Below are positions 59,422 to 64,000 of a stretch of DNA of 64,000 nt, piece after piece. The notes below the pieces were generated by a model that was not told the DNA's origin, made no database searches, and was given only the letters and a program-made list of their open reading frames with translations. Location: NCBI GenBank assembly GCA_963745035.1, contig CAVUVW010000013.1, forward strand, positions 64,001 through 128,000, read 5' to 3'. This DNA comes from an uncultured delta proteobacterium (GTDB lineage Bacteria > Desulfobacterota > Binatia > UBA9968). A program made the translations under genes and the position numbers. The stretch's first letter is position 1. Each line of letters starts with the position of its first letter.

Positions 59422-60837
59422 ATGACCCGAATCATCGTCATCGGCGGCGGCATCGCCGGGCTCGCAGCCGCTCATCGCGTCGCTGAGCTCAATCGCGAGC
59501 GATCCTAGTCGAAGTTCTGCTCCTCGAAGCCTCATCCCGCCTCGGCGGCTCCATCGCCACCGAGCGGGTCGGCGATTTTCTCGTCGAAGGCGGGCCGGAT
59601 TCGTTCATCACGGAAAAGCCCTCAGCGCTCCGCCTCTGCGAGCGTCTTGGTTTGACGCCGCGGCTGGTCTCGACGCAATCCGCTCATCAGAAAATTTATG
59701 TCGTCCATCGCGGCGCGCTCGAAGCGCTGCCCGAAGGTTTTTTTTTGCTGGCGCCCACTCGCCTCTGGCCCTTGCTGCAAACCCCGTTGTTTTCGTGGAG
59801 CGGCAAGCTGCGCATGGCCAGCGGAGCTCTTGTTGCCGCGCGGCAAACCGGAGGGCGACGAAAGCCTCGGCGCCTTTGTCCGGCGGCGCTTCGGCCGGGA
59901 AGCGCTGGAGCGCGTCGCCCAGCCGCTCGTCGGCGGCATCTATGCTTCGGACCCGGACCGGCTCAGTCTTGGCCGCGACCATGCCCCGGTTCAAAGAAAT
60001 GGAACGCCGACACCGAAGCGTCATCTGGGCGATGTGGTCCGAGCAGCGCCGCCCGCGCGGAAGCCGGCAGCGGCGCGCGTTGGAGCTTGTTCGTCACTTT
60101 GGCCGGAGGAATGCAGGAACTCGTCGACGCCATCGCCAAGCGCCTGCCCGAAGGCAGCCTGCGCTTCAACGCGCCGGTCTCTGCGCTTGGAGCGCAGTGA
60201 AGCAAAAAGGCAATGGCAAATCATCCTCGGAGAGCGCACCGCGCTCGGCGCCGACGCAGTGATTCTCGCCACACCGGCGTTCCAGACAGCAACGATTCTG
60301 AACGCCATCGCGCGCGATGCCGCGGCGGATCTCGAGCAAATATCCTATGCTTCCACGGCGACAGTCAGTCTCGCGTACCGGCGCGAGGATTTTCCACGCA
60401 GCCGGACGGCTTTGGTTTCGTCGTGCCGGCAATCGAGAAACGCAAAATCATGGCGTGCACGTTCAGCAGCTTCAAATATCCCGGTCGCGCGCCGCAAGAT
60501 CATATTCTGCTCCGCGCTTTCGTCGGCGGCGCGCTGCAGCCGGAACTGTTCGCTGCCGACGATGCGACGATGGAGAAAAATGTCCGCGCCGAACTCGCCA
60601 GCCTGCTCGGCGTCACGGCGCGAGCCGCTGTTCTCGCGCATCTGGCGCCATCCGAATTCGATGCCGCAATACCACGTCGGCCACCAGGCGCGCATCGAAC
60701 GGATCGAGAGCTGCCTGAGCAAATTTCCTACCCTCGCCCTCGCCGGCAGCGCCTACCACGGCGTCGGCATCGCCGATTGCGTCCGCACCGGCGAAGCGGC
60801 CGCGGAGAAAGTTTTCGGCAATCTATCGAATTCGTAG
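59422..60837 (+). CDS. hemY: HemY-type (copro/proto)porphyrinogen oxidase; multiple frameshifts
   Basis: IGGGIAGLAAA, EGGPDSF, GGIYA, GFGFVVP, MPQYHVGH and GVGIADC. Confidence 0.92.
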
Positions 60838-60906
60838 GGTGCGCTTGCGCACCATTCTGTGCATTCGCCGTCAACGACTCGGTACGGTGCGCAAGCGCAC
60901 CCTACG
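60833..60906. repeat. GTAG-family REP doublet (REPIN-like)
   Basis: cgtagggtgcgcttgcgcacc ... ggtgcgcaagcgcaccctacg, a perfect 21-bp inverted pair, each copy with an internal palindrome; contains the hemY stop. Confidence 0.85.
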
Positions 60907-60961
60907 ATTCTCGTTTGTAGTTATGGCGGAAATTTCGACCGCCGGGGAGAAATATTTTCCC

Positions 60962-60990
60962 TTGACGCCACAGGAAAGCGCGCCTATGAA
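60962..60990 (+). promoter_or_regulatory. Sigma70-type promoter, possibly giving a leaderless mRNA
   Basis: TTGACG-N17-TATGAA ending 6 nt before the ATG at 60997; no SD. Confidence 0.4.
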
Positions 60991-60996
60991 TCGTGC

Positions 60997-61831
60997 ATGA
61001 TCATCATCGATTCACAAGTTCACATCTGGGCCCCCGAGACACCGGAGAAACCCTACGCGACAAAGAACGCTTCCAAGCCGCACCGCCCGGTTCCGCTCGG
61101 CGCACGACGAGCTTTTGCGCGAGATGGACGGGGCCGGCGTGGCGCGCTGCGTGCTCGTGCCGCCGACTTGGGAGGATGACCGCAACGATACTTCGCTCGA
61201 AGCCGCGCGGCTGCATCCCGAGCGCTTTGCCGTCATGGGCAGGTTGTCGCTGACCAAGCCGGAGAGCCGCGAGCTGATCGCGACCTGGAAAGAGCAGCCG
61301 CACATGCTCGGCATGCGCATGGTTTTCAACCGTGGCCAATCCGGCGAGTGGATCAACGACGGCACCGCCGACTGGTTCTGGAAAGCCGCCGAGCGCCATG
61401 ATGTTCCGGTCATGGCCTTGGCGCCCAACGACGTGCCGAAGCTCGGCGAGATCGCCGAGCGCCATCCGGGCTTGCGCCTGGTGATCGACCACATGGGCCT
61501 CAACTCGGTATTGCGCGGCAAACCGCTCGAGCCGGCGGTGGACAATGTGATCCGGCTTGCGCGGCTGAAAAACGTCGCGGTCAAAGTCTCCGCGCTGCCT
61601 TGCTACGTCGATGAGCCTTATCCGTTTCCGTCGCTTCATCCGCTGGTTCGGCGCGTGGTCGATGCTTTTGGCCCGCGGCGCTGTTTTTGGGGAACCGATC
61701 TCTCGCATCTTCCCTGCCCGTACCGGCAAGTCGTGACCCTTTTTACCGAAGAGATGAAGTTTCTTTCCGGCGCCGATCTCGAATGGATCATGGGGCGAGG
61801 CATCGCGGAGTGGTTGAATTGGCGGCTGTGA
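60997..61831 (+). CDS. Amidohydrolase-2 family protein (LigI/lactonase-like); frameshift near 61105
   Basis: IIDSQVHIW, VIDHMG, VAVKVS and FWGTD. Confidence 0.88.
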
Positions 61832-61961
61832 GATCCGCCGTTGCGAATTTTCGCTATACCTACTTTTTTCCTCCGGGCAATTTCATAGAATATGTTTGTG
61901 CCGCGCCGCTGCTGGCGTCGAGGCTGACGACCGAATGAGAAGCTCACGGAATTTTTCAGCG

Positions 61962-63245
61962 ATGTTCACAAAAAACTTTTTTCGTGGTCTCGCGCTTCTG
62001 TGCGGTTTGAGCGGCGCGCCGGCGCATGCGCAGATCGAACTGCGCTTTGTCACTTGGAAATCGGAGGCCCCCGAAGTTTGGCAACAGGCGATCGCGGATT
62101 TCGAGCGGCAAAATCCCGGCGTCAAAGTGGTCTCGCGAGATCGGGCCGCAATCTTCGACGCAACTGCACGATCTGCTCACGCAGAAACTGCGCAATCGCG
62201 ATACGCGTCTGGACGTCTTCGTGATGGACGTCATTTGGCCTGCCGAGTTCGCATCGGCCGGCTGGGCGCTGCCGCTGGACCGTTATCTTGGCGCCGCCGA
62301 ACGGCAAAAGTTTCTGGCCGCCCCGCTGTCGGCCAACGAATATCGCGGCCAGCTCTTCGGCTTGCCGCTGTTCATCGACGCCGGCCTGCTCTATTACCGC
62401 AAGGACCTTTTGGAAAAATATCGTTTGCAGCCGCCGCGCACTTGGCCGCAATTGGTCGAGCACGCAAAGACCATTCTCGCCCACGAAAAAGATCCGCGCC
62501 TGGTCGGATTCTCCGCCCAGTTCAAGCAATACGAGGGTCTCGTCTGCAACATGATGGAATACATTCGTCGGCAACGGCGGCGCGCTGTGGGACGAAGCGA
62601 GCATGACGAGCGCCCTCCACCAACCGGCCGCGCTGGCAGCGGTGCGCTTCGTGCGCGATCGAATTGTCGGAGAGATCGCCCATCGCGGCGTGCTCGCCTA
62701 CGAAGAGCCCGAGTCGCTCGCGCTCTTCACGCAGGGACAGGCGATTTTTCACCGCAACTGGCCTTACGCCTGGGCGGCCGCCAACGATCGTCGAGAAATC
62801 GAAAATCGCCGGCCGGGTCGGCATGATGCCTCTGCCCGGTTTCTCTCCCGGCACTGGCGCCGCTGCCTTGGGCGGCTGGCAGATCGGCGTCAGCCGCTTT
62901 TCTACCAAACCCGATCTGGCTTGGCGCCTGGCGGCCTTTCTGACCGGCAGCGAAGTGCAGCAGCGCATCGCCCTTGCCACTGGCCGCGCGCCCACGCGCA
63001 GCGCGCTTTACGATAACCCGGAGATCCAAAAAAAGATTCCCCAGTTGAAGCCGCTCCTGGAGACATTCGACCAGGCGGTGCCGCGGCCCACGACGCCGGT
63101 TTATGTGCCGCTCTCGAATATCATGCAGCGCTATTTCAGCACGGCGCTGGCGTTGCCGAGCACGTCGATCGACCGCCGTGCCGGATTGGCGGCGCGCGAC
63201 ATGAACCGCGTCCTCGAACTGGTGCGCGACCAGCCGCAATCATGA
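61962..63245 (+). CDS. Sugar ABC substrate-binding protein (trehalose/maltose-like); frameshifted
   Basis: MDVIWPAEFA, LLYYRKDLL, QYEGLVC, RNWPYAW, ALGGW and PRP. Confidence 0.88.
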
Positions 63246-64000
63246 AACACTCCTCGCGCACAGCGCTGTTGTTCTTGCTGCCGAGTTTCTTCTTTGTCGG
63301 TCTGTTTTCGCTTTTTCCGATCTTCGAGTCGTTTCGCTGGAGTTTCTATCGCCTGATTCTGACTCTGCCCTGGCTCGGTCAGAAAATGGTCGGGCTCGAG
63401 AATTACACGGATCTCGTCACCGACTTGGTCGCGCGCGACGCGTTCCGGACGACTTTGCTGTTCATCGCGGTGACGATTCCCATCGAGCTGGTCTTGGGAC
63501 TTGGGATCGCGCTGGTATTGAACCAAACCTTTCGCGGCCGCGGGCTGCTGCGCGCGGTTGTGCTGATCCCTTGGGCGATTCCCACCGTGGTCGCGTCGCA
63601 GATGTGGCGTTTCATCTTCAACGACCGCTACGGGCTGGTGAACTTCGCTCTTTTCGGCGGCGACGTTTCCCGTTATCTCGCCCCGTTGGCCGATCCGGAG
63701 CTCGCTCTGGTTGCGATCATGATCGCAGAAATTTGGAAGACCACACCGTTTGCCGCGTTGATCCTGCTCGCCGGTCTCCAGGGCATCTCCGACGATCTCT
63801 ACGAGGCGGCGCAGGTGGACGGCGCCTCGGCTTGGCAGCAGTTTCGCCACGTGACCCTGCCGCTGCTCACTCCCGCGCTGCTTCTCGCTCTGCTGTTTCG
63901 CACCATCGACTCCTTGCGCGTGTTCGATCTGGTCTTCGTCATGACCCAAGGCGGACCGGCGGACGCAACCAATGTGCTGCAGTTTTACGGCTACAAAAAG
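63242..64000 (+). CDS. Sugar ABC permease (MalF-type); runs off the right edge
   Basis: ATGA overlap with the SBP gene; read from the sequence: VGLENY, LIPWAIP, WKTTPF, LYEAAQVDGA and MTQGGP. Confidence 0.9.
   Translation, partial: MKHSSRTALLFLLPSFFFVGLFSLFPIFESFRWSFYRLILTLPWLGQKMVGLENYTDLVTDLVARDAFRTTLLFIAVTIPIELVLGLGIALVLNQTFRGRGLLRAVVLIPWAIPTVVASQMWRFIFNDRYGLVNFALFGGDVSRYLAPLADPELALVAIMIAEIWKTTPFAALILLAGLQGISDDLYEAAQVDGASAWQQFRHVTLPLLTPALLLALLFRTIDSLRVFDLVFVMTQGGPADATNVLQFYGYKK

Overview
A GC-rich bacterial chromosome segment with no rRNA, tRNA, CRISPR array, integrase or transposase seen. The gene repertoire (many SsuA/NMT1-type binding proteins and amidohydrolase-2 enzymes, F420 genes) resembles 'deltaproteobacterial'/Binatota-like MAGs, but that taxonomy is inference. 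Many genes, including housekeeping ones (clpB, recD2, dinB, hemE/H/Y), carry single-base frameshifts that are most likely long-read errors. Layout: (1-4.9 kb) xanthine-dehydrogenase-family subunits, an NAD-dependent epimerase and an amidohydrolase. (5.0-25.4 kb) A visibly more AT-rich catabolic island with a domain-swapped ComE-ComD-like ThDP enzyme, UbiD, an amidase plus AtzG/GatC-like partner, an FAD monooxygenase, an M24-fold protein lacking most metal ligands, LysR, a CoA-transferase/MaoC/Ltp2-DUF35 module and six orphan binding proteins. (26.6-30.4 kb) An ECF sigma/anti-sigma envelope cluster with an unannotated 37-aa His-rich lipoprotein. (30.6-34.9 kb) F420 biosynthesis cofG-cofD-cofC-cofE-npdG. 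(35-45 kb) Amidohydrolases, a minimal secretin-like protein, recD2, a CNNM/CorC protein and hisC. (45.3-48.8 kb) A putative sigma54-driven unit of a long coiled-coil protein plus tandem KaiC-like ATPases, the best candidate for an undescribed system. (48.9-64 kb) clpB, a small basic ORF, two MFS paralogues, dinB, hemE-hemH-hemY and a sugar ABC transporter. Several intergenic spaces hold palindromic elements built from 7-nt or 8-nt tandem units, plus REP-type elements.
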